Assembly (NCBI GenBank): GCA_945878135.1
Contig: CAMDUL010000004.1
Span: 48,044 to 112,043, forward strand
Source of the DNA: Chthoniobacter flavus
GTDB lineage: Bacteria; Verrucomicrobiota; Verrucomicrobiia; Chthoniobacterales; JACTMZ01
Direction: 5' to 3'
DNA length: 64,000 nt
The notes beneath the pieces were generated by a model. It was given only the letters and a program-made list of their open reading frames with translations. It was not told the origin of the DNA and did no database searches. Below are positions 55,113 to 64,000 of this stretch, in pieces. The position numbers and the translations under genes are program-made. Numbering within the stretch: the stretch's first letter is position 1; each line of letters opens with the position of its first letter.

Positions 55113-56245
55113 ACCGCTGCCTGTCCGTCATAGCCTTGATGGCCTTGCTTCTTCCCCTGCGGGGAGAGGCCGCGGGCAACGTGGTGCTCCGGCCGGAGGG
55201 CGACAAATACATTTATCCGTTCATCGATGACTCTTCGGTTTCGTCCCGTCGCGGGGTGGCCGGCGTCTTCGGTGCTTATGGGGAGATCGACAGCATTCCC
55301 GGGTGGAGTTTCGACGATCGTGACGGCCAGTATTTTCTCGATTTTTCCACCGCGGATCTCGCGCCTCCGGGCCGGGGCGCGCAGAACTACAGGATTTTGA
55401 GTTTTGTCCTCACCATCGTCGTGGCCAACGAGCAGGTCTTTCCCTACGACCCGACCCCCGATGCGCTTGCCACGTATGGCGCGGGTGCTCTTGATCCGGA
55501 TCCCGGCCGTCCGATCGAGCTTTACGGGGTCGGCTATCGGGGAGGTTGGACGCGGGAAACATTCACCGAGGAAGCCCCTTTCCAGACGATATCGTTCGGC
55601 GCTCAAAATCTGACCGGCGTGAGGAATGCTTTCGCCCTGGGTTTTGCCGCGGATGGTTCCGCGCGGGATGTTTCGAACAATGTCGAGGAGGGATTCGAGC
55701 CGAGTCCTTGGGCCGTGGCCGACTCGCCGGGATTCATCGACTGGGAAGGCAACTACGTGGCGGGCGGGATAGCCGAAGGCAGCCTTGTGCCGGAAGGCCG
55801 GGTTTTCCGGTTCCGGGTCGAACCGACCGACGCGAACATCGCCGCTTACCTGCAGGACGGGCTCAACGCCGGCCGGTTGCACCTGATGGTGAGTTCACTT
55901 TTCGGGACCTCGCAGGAAAGCACCGATATCCCCAAGTTTTACACCAAGGATGTTTCCGATCCCGGTATCTCCTACTACCTCGGCCCCCAACTTGAGGCCG
56001 AGGTCGTGCTCCTTCCCTCGACCACGGTCTCCCGCCACGGGAGCGCATACCGTCTGAGCTTTGACACCGTGATCGGCCAAAGCTACCAGGTCGAATACTG
56101 GGACGGTCTCACCTCCGACCAGTGGCTCCCGCTCGGGAGTCCGCGCGCCGGCAACGGCGAGACGCTGACCCACGATGACGCTCCGCCCGCGGGGGTCAGC
56201 AGCAGATTTTACCGCGTGGCGGTTTCCCAAGAGTCTCAGTCATGA
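55109..56245 (+). CDS. secreted hypothetical protein
   Basis: Signal-like LSVIALMALLLPLRGEAAG. C-terminal beta-sandwich-like YQVEYWDGLTSDQWLPLG...RFYRV. TTG start at 55109, or ATG at 55140. Confidence 0.6.
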   Translation: MNRCLSVIALMALLLPLRGEAAGNVVLRPEGDKYIYPFIDDSSVSSRRGVAGVFGAYGEIDSIPGWSFDDRDGQYFLDFSTADLAPPGRGAQNYRILSFVLTIVVANEQVFPYDPTPDALATYGAGALDPDPGRPIELYGVGYRGGWTRETFTEEAPFQTISFGAQNLTGVRNAFALGFAADGSARDVSNNVEEGFEPSPWAVADSPGFIDWEGNYVAGGIAEGSLVPEGRVFRFRVEPTDANIAAYLQDGLNAGRLHLMVSSLFGTSQESTDIPKFYTKDVSDPGISYYLGPQLEAEVVLLPSTTVSRHGSAYRLSFDTVIGQSYQVEYWDGLTSDQWLPLGSPRAGNGETLTHDDAPPAGVSSRFYRVAVSQESQS

Positions 56246-57009
56246 AAAACTTCAACCTCGCCGCGAAAACATCTTCCGCCTTCACCCTGATCGAGGTGCT
56301 GGTGGTCATCGCGGTCATCGCGGTGCTCGCTTCCATTGCGGTGCCGGTTTTGGCGGGATCGGGCAAAGTTGCCAGGCAAGCGGCGGAAGTGGCCGCCGCC
56401 CGGTCCGTGGCGAACGCCATGCAGGTCTATTCCTCGGAAAACAACGGCGCCGTGCTTCCCGGATTTCACGTCAGGCCCGGGGAGGCGGTGACAGACAGCC
56501 AAGGCAAACCGATCGGCGGGCAGCCCGCGAAACGCTATCCGTGGAGATTGGCACCGTATCTCGGCTACGATGTGGAAACGGCGTTTCTGGCCAGCGGGCA
56601 GAAGATCAACGATCCCGGAGAGATGCAATACATGGTCAGCCTGGTTCCGTCGCTGGGCATGAACACGGTTTACCTGGGCGGCGACGACCGCAAATCCCCC
56701 AATCCTTTCAATCCCCGCTTTGCGCCGAGCTTTGTTGAGCGGGGCGGCATCACGCGCATGACACAGGTCTTGCGACCCGGGCAAATGATCGCGTTCGTCT
56801 CCGCCGCTTACGACGGGTCCGGAGGCGGCGACAAGCAACCGGGCTACTTCAGCGTGGAATACCCGGCGGTCAACGTGGACTTCCGCCATTCCACCGACAA
56901 AGCGCTCGTGGTGTTCGTCGACGGGCACACCGAACTGCTGGACCGCGCACAGCTGAACAACGAACGGCTGTGGAAGAATGTTCCCGACGCGGATTACGCC
57001 ATGCACTGA
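56242..57009 (+). CDS. prepilin-type N-terminal cleavage/methylation domain protein (H-X9-DG / DUF1559-like)
   Basis: SSAFTLIEVLVVIAVIAVLASIAVPVL ... VVFVDGHTELL. Confidence 0.85.
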   Translation: MKNFNLAAKTSSAFTLIEVLVVIAVIAVLASIAVPVLAGSGKVARQAAEVAAARSVANAMQVYSSENNGAVLPGFHVRPGEAVTDSQGKPIGGQPAKRYPWRLAPYLGYDVETAFLASGQKINDPGEMQYMVSLVPSLGMNTVYLGGDDRKSPNPFNPRFAPSFVERGGITRMTQVLRPGQMIAFVSAAYDGSGGGDKQPGYFSVEYPAVNVDFRHSTDKALVVFVDGHTELLDRAQLNNERLWKNVPDADYAMH

Positions 57010-57088
57010 GATTGCTTTCGGGCGCCTGCTCCTTTTGACTTTACCTGTTCCGGACAACCCGCGAATCCCCATCCCATCCCACAAGCAT

Positions 57089-57721
57089 ATGACCACTGCC
57101 ACCGCTCCCGCCGGCATCATGGGCCGCCTCAAGGCCGAGACGGCCGAACAGCATGCCATCGCCGAAGCCAAACCGCTCGAAGCCGCCCTCATCGGCGGTT
57201 CCATTGCGCACGACCAATACAAGGACTATCTCGCCCAGCGCTGGCTCATCCATCGCGAGCTGGAAGCCGCGACCGACCGAGTGCTCGAAGAAGACCGGCG
57301 TCTTTCCGGTCTCGGTCTCCCGGACCTCTACCAGACGGCCAACCTCGAAGCCGATCTCGCCCACCTCGGGCTGGACACGGCCGCGATCAAGCCGCTCAAG
57401 GGCTCGGAAGACCTCATCGGCACGATCCGCAACGCGCCGTCGCCGGCCGTGCTCATGGGCATCTACTATGTTTTCGAAGGCAGCAAAAACGGCGCGCGTT
57501 TCATCGCCCGTTCGCTCGGCAAGGCCTGGGGCAAAACCGACCTCGAGGGCATGAAATACCTCGACCCGCACGGCGAAGCGCAGCGCGGGCTGTGGATGAA
57601 GTTCCGCGAGGACATGAACGCCATCGACTGGTCCGCCGAAGAGCAGGACGTCATGGTCAAAGCAGCGCAGGACACGTTCGACGCCATCTCCGCGCTCGAC
57701 GACGAAATCCACGCCGCCTGA
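57089..57721 (+). CDS. heme oxygenase (biliverdin-producing family)
   Basis: LKAETAEQHAIAE (proximal His region) ... GIYYVFEGSKNGARFIARSL (GxxYVxEGSxxG). Confidence 0.75.
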   Translation: MTTATAPAGIMGRLKAETAEQHAIAEAKPLEAALIGGSIAHDQYKDYLAQRWLIHRELEAATDRVLEEDRRLSGLGLPDLYQTANLEADLAHLGLDTAAIKPLKGSEDLIGTIRNAPSPAVLMGIYYVFEGSKNGARFIARSLGKAWGKTDLEGMKYLDPHGEAQRGLWMKFREDMNAIDWSAEEQDVMVKAAQDTFDAISALDDEIHAA

Positions 57722-57740
57722 CCCGTCGGCCTCCCGTCCG

Positions 57741-58571
57741 ATGATCCGTCCGGCGACCATCCTGGCCGTGCTGCTGGCCGTCTCATCCGTGCACGCCGGG
57801 CCGTCGCGCCTGGTCACGGCGGGTTCGGCCGTCACGGAAATCGCCGCGGCCCTCGGCCTCGCGCCGCAGATCGTCGCGGTCGATACCTCCGGCCGGGAAA
57901 TCGAAGGCATGGGCGACAAACCCGACGTCGGCTATGTCCGCATGCTCGGGGCCGAAGGCATCCTCGCGCAGAAGCCCGACCTCGTTCTGGTTTCCGGCGA
58001 AGCCGGTCCGCCGCCCGTTCTCGGGCAAATCAAATCGGCGGGCGTCGAGGTGGTGGTTATTCCGAACGGCTACTCGCTCGACAACATCGGCGACAAAATC
58101 CGCGCCGTCGCCGCCGCGACCGGGCGGGCCGGGGAAGGGGAAAAACTCGTCGCGCAGGTGGAGGCCGATGTGGAAACGCTTCGCGCCGCGACCGCCGACA
58201 ACACCGGCGAGCGCCCCGGCGTGGTCTTCCTCCTCGCCCGCCATGGCGGCAACCTGATGGCCGCCGGCAGCGCCACCGCCGCGCATGCCATGATCGAGGC
58301 GAGCGGCGGACGCAACATTTGCGCCGGTTTCACCGGCTACAAACCGCTCTCGGCGGAAATTTTCGCCGCGGCCACGCCGGATTTTGTCATAGTCTCGGAA
58401 AGTGTCGGCGGCGATGACGCGCAACTCCTGGCCAGCGTGCCCGGTCTGGGGGCCACGCCGGCCGGACGCGCCTTGCGCGTCATCCGCGTCGACGATGCCG
58501 CCTTCCTCGGTTTCGGTCCGCGCACGCCATCCGCCGCGGCCGAAGTCGCCGCGGCGCTGCGGCAGCCGTGA
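57741..58571 (+). CDS. hmuT: heme/iron-complex ABC transporter periplasmic binding protein
   Basis: RLVTAGSAVTEIAAALGLAPQIVAVDTSG...KPDLVLVSG... is the cluster A-2 PBP pattern, and the gene is adjacent to heme oxygenase. Confidence 0.7.
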   Translation: MIRPATILAVLLAVSSVHAGPSRLVTAGSAVTEIAAALGLAPQIVAVDTSGREIEGMGDKPDVGYVRMLGAEGILAQKPDLVLVSGEAGPPPVLGQIKSAGVEVVVIPNGYSLDNIGDKIRAVAAATGRAGEGEKLVAQVEADVETLRAATADNTGERPGVVFLLARHGGNLMAAGSATAAHAMIEASGGRNICAGFTGYKPLSAEIFAAATPDFVIVSESVGGDDAQLLASVPGLGATPAGRALRVIRVDDAAFLGFGPRTPSAAAEVAAALRQP

Positions 58572-59599
58572 ACCGCGCGGCGGCAGACGACGCGTCGCGG
58601 CGCGCCCGCGGGCGCCTCGTGTTGTTGGCCGCTTGCCTGCCGCTTGTCCTTCTCGCCGCCGCGGCGCTCGGCGCGGTGACCATCGGTCCGGCGGACTTGT
58701 GGAAACTCCTCTCCGGTTCCGCCGACGTGCCCGCGGTGGTGCGCGCCGTGTTCTGGGAGATCCGCGTGCCGCGGGTGTTCCTCGCCGCTCTGGTCGGCGG
58801 TTCCCTCGCCCTGGCCGGGGCGGGGGTGCAGGGATTGTTCCGCAATCCGCTGGCCGATCCCGCCTTGATCGGGGTGAGCGCGGGTGCGGCCCTCGGCGCG
58901 GTGCTGTGTTTCTTTTTCGGCTGGGAGGGTTTGCTCGGCGGCTGGCTCCTGCCGCTGGCCGCGTTTGCCGGCGGGTTGCTCGCGGTGCTCATCCTCATGT
59001 CTTTCCACTCCGGCTTTGCCGCGGGCGGCACGGCCAAGCTCATCCTCGCCGGCGTTGCGCTCAACGCCATGGCCGGCAGTGTGCTCGGATTTTTCCTTTT
59101 TTCGGCCAGCGACGACGCGCTGCGCTCTATGACATTCTGGACACTTGGAAGTTGCGCCTCCGCGCAGTGGCCGCAGGTCCTGGTCCTCCTGGTCTTTCTG
59201 GCCGCCGGGTCCTTCATTCTCCGGCGTCACGCCCGCGCCCTCGACGCCCTGCAACTCGGCGAGGAGCAGGCCGCGCATCTCGGGGTGCCGGTGGCGCGGG
59301 TCCGGGGCGAGACCATCGCGGCGGCCGCGTTGCTCGTCGGGGCGGCCACGGCTTTCGCCGGGACGATCGGTTTCATCGGTCTCGTCGCGCCGCACATGGC
59401 GCGTCTCTTGCTCGGCGGCCTGCACCGTCTCGTCCTGCCCGCGGCGCTGCTCCTCGGGGCCATGCTCCTGGTGCTGGCCGATCTCGGCGCGCGCACCTTG
59501 ACCGCGCCGGCCGAGCTGGCGGTCGGCATCCTCACCGCGGCCATCGGCGGTCCGTTTTTCCTCTGGCTCCTGCGGCGTCCTTCCTCGTGGTCCGTATGA
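58568..59599 (+). CDS. hmuU: FecCD-family ABC permease
   Basis: RVPRVFLAALVGGSLALAGAGVQGLFRNPLADPALIGVSAGAALGAV...; start and stop overlap the neighbouring genes. Confidence 0.8.
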   Translation: MNRAAADDASRRARGRLVLLAACLPLVLLAAAALGAVTIGPADLWKLLSGSADVPAVVRAVFWEIRVPRVFLAALVGGSLALAGAGVQGLFRNPLADPALIGVSAGAALGAVLCFFFGWEGLLGGWLLPLAAFAGGLLAVLILMSFHSGFAAGGTAKLILAGVALNAMAGSVLGFFLFSASDDALRSMTFWTLGSCASAQWPQVLVLLVFLAAGSFILRRHARALDALQLGEEQAAHLGVPVARVRGETIAAAALLVGAATAFAGTIGFIGLVAPHMARLLLGGLHRLVLPAALLLGAMLLVLADLGARTLTAPAELAVGILTAAIGGPFFLWLLRRPSSWSV

Positions 59600-60387
59600 A
59601 CAACACCTTCGCACCCGGTTTGGTCGCGGAGGCGGTCACCCTCACGCGTGACGCGCGGCGTATTCTCGACGGCGTTTCCCTCGAGGTGAAACCCGGCCGG
59701 CTCCTCGCCGTCATCGGTCCGAACGGGGCCGGCAAATCGTCGCTGCTTTCGGTGCTGTCCGGTTTGTGGAAAGCCGACCGCGGGGAAGTGCGCCTCGATG
59801 GCAAAGCCATCGGCGATTACGGTCCGCGCGAGCGGGCGCGGCGTTGCGCGGTGATGCGTCAGGACAACCTGCGGCCCGCGGGGATGTCCGTGCTCGAGGC
59901 GGTGGAGCTCGGACGCTTGGCGCACGGCGCGGCGGACGACGCGCGGGCCGTGGCCCGCGGGCAGCTGGCGCAAATGGATCTGTCCGACTTGGCCGCCCGC
60001 GATTGCGCGCGCCTCTCCGGCGGGGAATGGCAGCGGGTTGCTTTCGCCCGCACCGCGGCCCAGCTCGCGTCGCCGGGCCGGGGCGGTGTGCTTTTGCTCG
60101 ACGAACCCGTTTCCAGTCTCGATCCCGCCCACCAGCATCAACTGCTCGGCGCGGCCCGGCGCCTGGCCGCCGCCGGTCACGCCGTGCTGGCCATCCTGCA
60201 CGATCTCAATCTCACGGCGCAGTATGCCGATGAAGTGGCCTTGCTGGTCGCCGGGCGCCTGACGGTGTGCGGTCCGGCCGCGCAGATCATGCAGCCCGCG
60301 GTGTTGTCGGACGCCTACGGCTGCCGGGTCGTGGCGGTGGGGAGCGCGGATGGTCCGGCCCGCGCTCTGGTCAGTCTGCCGGATTGA
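59596..60387 (+). CDS. hmuV: ABC transporter ATP-binding protein
   Basis: Walker A GPNGAGKSSLL, signature LSGGEWQRV, Walker B LLLDEP. ATG at 59596 inside a longer spurious ORF. Confidence 0.85.
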   Translation: MNNTFAPGLVAEAVTLTRDARRILDGVSLEVKPGRLLAVIGPNGAGKSSLLSVLSGLWKADRGEVRLDGKAIGDYGPRERARRCAVMRQDNLRPAGMSVLEAVELGRLAHGAADDARAVARGQLAQMDLSDLAARDCARLSGGEWQRVAFARTAAQLASPGRGGVLLLDEPVSSLDPAHQHQLLGAARRLAAAGHAVLAILHDLNLTAQYADEVALLVAGRLTVCGPAAQIMQPAVLSDAYGCRVVAVGSADGPARALVSLPD

Positions 60388-61741
60388 CTCCGGGGGCGGA
60401 CGGCAGGCCGGCCAACGCGGAAATTTCCGCGAGAATTTCCGGACCGACCGTGACCGTTTCGCCGTTCCCTTCGACCCGCGCGTAGGTGTTGCCATCCGGT
60501 GCGCTCCGGCCGAACTCCGCGCCGGCCAGGAGATGACCACCGGCCGGTTCCTCCGCGCTGTTTTCCGAGAGCCAGGAGTAAAACCGGAGGCGGATGGCCG
60601 GTTGGTCGAGGCCTGTTTCCGAGGCTCCGGTCGAGGAAGCGAATGAAGCAACGCGCGCCCCGTTGAAGACCTCGAGCAGGCGGGTCACCGCGCCCGCCTC
60701 GATCTCCCGCGTGCCATCGCCGGTCGCCCAGCCGTCGCCGCGACGGCGGATGACCGCGGTCTCTCCGTCCGCTTCGACGACAATCCGGTCGATGGTGTCT
60801 GCCTCGACATAACCCAGCGAGCGGTCGCGCAGCGCCTCGGGCGAAATGTCGAAGAGGAGAGCGGCAGCCGGGGCGACGTCGAGCGTGCCGCCGCGCGGGG
60901 CGAAGCGGGCCGTGAATTTTTCCGCGGCGGGTGACCGCGAGATCTCGACGGCAAGTTCCTCGCCGCCGCCGCGCGGGGTAAGCGCGAGGCGCGCAGCTTG
61001 TCCGGGCAAGGTGGCACCCGCGGCACCGCCGTCCCCGGCGAAAGCGGTGACGCGCAATCCGAGGAGCCGCTCGAGGAAATCGCGCACCGCGCGCGGGTCG
61101 GCGGGTGCCTGCACGGGTTTCTCGATGAGCCAGCGGCCGCGCTCGAGGCGCACGGTCAATTCCCCGTCGGCGCGCTGCACGGTGAATTTTTCGATGTCAT
61201 CGGCCGAAAGCTCGGTCAGCCGCGGGTCGCGGAATGATTCCGCCGGCACACCCGTCACCTCGAGGATCGTGTCCGGCACGCGCAGCACGAAGGGTTGCCC
61301 GGCCACGCGGGCGAAGATATCGCCGGGCAAGGCGGTGGGACCACCCAGGTCGAGGCGCACATCGCGGGCCCCGCGCAGGTCGAGTCGCACGCGGGGCGCG
61401 GCGAGACCGCTTTCCGGAACGGCGGCCGGGTCTTTGGCCGCCTCGCGGTCGCGCACATCGAGGAAGCGCGCGGCGAGCAACAGGCGGTCGACCAGTTCCG
61501 GGTCGGCGCGGTCCTCGACCGGTTCGGTCACCCGCCACCCGCCGTCGGTGCGGCGCAACCGGATGCTTTCGTTGCCGCGCACCAGACCGATCTCCGTGAT
61601 TTCGCCGGGTTCGAAGACCGCGGCATAGCGGCGTTTTTCCGCCGCGGTGCGGGTCGGATCGACCGCGCTGCGCAGGTAAACCAAGCCGCCGACGGCCAGC
61701 AGGGTCGCGAGGAAAAGGGCAATGGTCGCGCGCGGATTCAC
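60371..61741 (-). CDS. DUF4340 domain protein
   Basis: N-terminal anchor, then ITEIGLVRGNESIRLRRTDGGWRVTEPVEDRADPELVDRLL. Sits in the usual position downstream of a GldG-like gene. Confidence 0.7.
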   Translation of the reverse strand: MNPRATIALFLATLLAVGGLVYLRSAVDPTRTAAEKRRYAAVFEPGEITEIGLVRGNESIRLRRTDGGWRVTEPVEDRADPELVDRLLLAARFLDVRDREAAKDPAAVPESGLAAPRVRLDLRGARDVRLDLGGPTALPGDIFARVAGQPFVLRVPDTILEVTGVPAESFRDPRLTELSADDIEKFTVQRADGELTVRLERGRWLIEKPVQAPADPRAVRDFLERLLGLRVTAFAGDGGAAGATLPGQAARLALTPRGGGEELAVEISRSPAAEKFTARFAPRGGTLDVAPAAALLFDISPEALRDRSLGYVEADTIDRIVVEADGETAVIRRRGDGWATGDGTREIEAGAVTRLLEVFNGARVASFASSTGASETGLDQPAIRLRFYSWLSENSAEEPAGGHLLAGAEFGRSAPDGNTYARVEGNGETVTVGPEILAEISALAGLPSAPGVNPAD

Positions 61742-61744
61742 GGC

Positions 61745-63223
61745 TCAGCGGCGGCGGCGCCACCAGACGAACGCGCCGGCCACGAGGGCGGCGGCGGGAA
61801 TGGCGACCATCGTGTACAGCGCGAGGCGCCCGGTCTCGAGATCGGTGAGGTTGAGGTTGAAGGCCCGGACCGGTTTGGGGGTCACGCGGGCGAGGTGCCC
61901 GCGGTCGAGCATCCAGTTGAGCGCGCCGAGGATGAAATCGAGGTTCGGTTCGGTGATCGAACCGTCGGCGACGAACGTGCTGTTGCCCGTCACCACGAGG
62001 CGCGACGAGTCGACTTCGACTTTCTCGTCCGCGACCCCGCCGCGCTCGGCCATGGCGGCGAGCACGAGGGGCGGCGCATGGTCCGTCTCCGCGGCGAAGG
62101 CCACGCCCTTCTCGCCGTCGGTCACGTATTCCGTCTCACCCCAGAACGGATCCCCGGCCGTGATCATGGGCAGGATGACCGTATCCGGCGTGTCGCGATC
62201 CAACGCGAGGGAGCAGGTCCCGCCGGGCAACATGGCCTCGGCGCCCTGCAGGCGGCGCGTCACGCGGTTTTCCGGATCGAAACGTCCGGCCACGTCGCGG
62301 AGGATCCCGGTGGCGAAACCGAGTTGCACCGTGCGCAGCACCCGGTCGTTGCGCGGGGTGATGCCGGCCTCGGAGAGAAAAGCGCGGAGCAGCGGCGCAT
62401 CCGCCTCCGGATCGATCAGCACCATGAGCCGGCCCTCCTTCTGCCAGTAGGACCGCAGCGCCTCGAGGGAAGCCGGGGCGAGATCGTAGCGCGGGCCGGC
62501 GACGATCACCGCGCCGGCATCGGGCGGCACGGCGCCGGTCATCGACAAATTGAGCGGCGCGACGCGCACGCCCTGGCGCGCGACGTATTCCTCGAGGAGG
62601 GAAAGGGGCGAACCCTCGCCGACCGCCGGCTCGCCGTGGCCTTGCAGGAAATAGACGGTCCGTTCCTCCGGCGCGGTGAGTTCGAGCAGGGCGCTGGTCA
62701 GCAACTGCTCGCCTTTGAACGCGGTGACGCGCGGCGGGTTGCCGGTGACCTGCGGCAGATAATCGTATTCGGCCATGTCCACCGCGGCGATCTGTTTGGA
62801 GCGTCCGCCGGTTTCGACAATGACGAGATTTTCCTCGGGTCCGAACTGGTGGAGCGACTGCAGTTCGCGGGCCCGGGCGAGGTTGCGCATCGGGTCCACG
62901 TATTCGACGGTGATGCGGCTGCGGTCGGCCGACTGGTATTCTTTGAGCAGGTTGACCACGTCGCCGTAGACCTCGAAACCCGGCGCGGCCGTGGTGGGGG
63001 AGAAGAAGACGTAGATATTGACCGGCGCGGGGAGGTTGCGGAGAAGGCTCTTGGTTTGTTCGCTCAGGCGGTATTTCTGGCCCGGCGACCAATCACCGCG
63101 CAGGTAGTAGTGGAAACCGGCGTAGTTGGCCGCGCCGAGCAGGATGAGGGCCAGCACGATCTGCACGGCGACCCCGAAACGGATGCCGGCCCGGCGGCGC
63201 GAGGATTCCTGGGGCGGTTTCAT
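61745..63223 (-). CDS. GldG-family ABC-transporter auxiliary component (ABC_transp_aux)
   Basis: N- and C-terminal TM anchors. LSEQTKSLLRNLPAPVNIYVFFSP...GEQLLTSALLELT...VYFLQGHGE. Confidence 0.75.
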   Translation of the reverse strand: MKPPQESSRRRAGIRFGVAVQIVLALILLGAANYAGFHYYLRGDWSPGQKYRLSEQTKSLLRNLPAPVNIYVFFSPTTAAPGFEVYGDVVNLLKEYQSADRSRITVEYVDPMRNLARARELQSLHQFGPEENLVIVETGGRSKQIAAVDMAEYDYLPQVTGNPPRVTAFKGEQLLTSALLELTAPEERTVYFLQGHGEPAVGEGSPLSLLEEYVARQGVRVAPLNLSMTGAVPPDAGAVIVAGPRYDLAPASLEALRSYWQKEGRLMVLIDPEADAPLLRAFLSEAGITPRNDRVLRTVQLGFATGILRDVAGRFDPENRVTRRLQGAEAMLPGGTCSLALDRDTPDTVILPMITAGDPFWGETEYVTDGEKGVAFAAETDHAPPLVLAAMAERGGVADEKVEVDSSRLVVTGNSTFVADGSITEPNLDFILGALNWMLDRGHLARVTPKPVRAFNLNLTDLETGRLALYTMVAIPAAALVAGAFVWWRRRR

Positions 63224-63230
63224 GGACGGT

Positions 63231-63986
63231 TCAACTCCACCAGCGGCGCGACTGGAAAACGTGGAAGGTGAGGAAAAGGGTGAAGGCGGTCAACGAGAGG
63301 TAAAAAACGAGCGGCCGCGTGTCGAAAAATCCGCGCGAGGCCTCGCTCATGTGTTCGATCGCGGAAAAATAAGCGGTCAGTTCCCGCAGGGCGGGGGTCA
63401 CGCTCAGGATAAAAAACGACAGGAGTCCCATGAAGAAAAGCAGCGCGATGATGCTGAACGACATGACCGCGGCGATGATCTGGTTGCGCGTCATGGCCGA
63501 GGCGAGGCAACCGATGGCGAGGTAGAACATGCCCATGAGCAGGAGCATCGCGTAAGCGCCGATGTAGGGCCCGGCCGCCCCGCCGGCTTCGACTCTGGTG
63601 ATCTGCTGGAATATGACAAAGTAAAGGAGGCTCGGCAGCCAGAGGACGATGAAGAAGAAAACGGCGGCGAGGTATTTGGCCAGCACGACCTGGCTGTCGC
63701 GCACCGGCGCGGTCATGAGCGGCTCGATCGTGCCCATTTTGTATTCTTCGGAAAACAGGCGCATGGTGATGAGCGGCAGGACGAGGATGAAACCGAACCA
63801 GAAAAAGACGGTGTTGAAAAACGCCTCGACCACCGTGACCTCGCTCGGCCCGCGGTTGAGCGCCGCCACCCCGGCGTAGAAATTGAACCCGGTCAGCAGG
63901 AGGAAAAAGAAGAGCACGACCCACGCGACGGGGGAGAGGAAGAAGGCGCGGATTTCGCGGTTGAGGAGCGTGAGGAAGGTGAGCAT
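63231..63986 (-). CDS. ABC-2 type transporter permease (GldF-like)
   Basis: Six TM helices. MLTFLTLLNREIRAFFLSPVAWVVLFFFLLLTGFNF. A further minus-strand gene ends at 63991-63993 and continues outside the window. Confidence 0.75.
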   Translation of the reverse strand: MLTFLTLLNREIRAFFLSPVAWVVLFFFLLLTGFNFYAGVAALNRGPSEVTVVEAFFNTVFFWFGFILVLPLITMRLFSEEYKMGTIEPLMTAPVRDSQVVLAKYLAAVFFFIVLWLPSLLYFVIFQQITRVEAGGAAGPYIGAYAMLLLMGMFYLAIGCLASAMTRNQIIAAVMSFSIIALLFFMGLLSFFILSVTPALRELTAYFSAIEHMSEASRGFFDTRPLVFYLSLTAFTLFLTFHVFQSRRWWS

Positions 63987-64000
63987 GGCGTCAGATTTCC

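Overview
High-GC bacterial chromosome segment. Spot counts on a few 60-nt lines give mid-60s % G+C; this was not computed for the whole window. It is most likely Verrucomicrobiota (Opitutales-like), judging by a PEP-CTERM protein, an H-X9-DG prepilin-like protein, a GbsR regulator and bactofilins.

The window has four parts:
1. **1-7.3 kb, accessory patch.** ilvB 3' end, a hypothetical gene, methyltransferase and GT2 genes, an ArsR-family gene, a HigBA-like pair and a DUF4160/DUF2442 pair. It also holds a 32-bp perfect palindrome family ('P element') and gene-tail remnants.
2. **About 7.3-23.7 kb, visibly lower-GC island (roughly 50 % by spot counts).** It encodes a Wzx/Wzy-type polysaccharide locus: GT4, GT2 and GT47-like transferases, a pyruvyl transferase, an SGNH protein, an epimerase and several methyltransferases.
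3. **23.7-29.9 kb, co-oriented array of small modules.** GT2, DUF4160/DUF2442, HicAB, VapBC, Phd-VapC and GbsR. Every gap is filled by a mosaic repeat family built around a GTGAAGT-N9-ACTTCAC hairpin ('H-box'). Copies of this mosaic also sit in frame inside two GT2 genes.
4. **29.9-64 kb, core genes.** GT39-like, bactofilins, a flavoprotein oxidoreductase, an STT3-like protein, VapBC, gyrB, recA, sucCD, a GH57 branching enzyme, rng, mrdA-mreDCB, PEP-CTERM and prepilin-like genes, heme oxygenase plus hmuTUV, and GldFG-like ABC components.

I recognised no rRNA, tRNA, CRISPR array, transposase or integrase. The most unusual signals are:
- the H-box mosaic repeats and their in-frame intragenic copies;
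- the lox-like P palindromes that bracket gene cassettes;
- repeated 3' fragments of the methyltransferase and GT2 genes at module boundaries.

All family calls come from reading the translations by eye. No database search was run.
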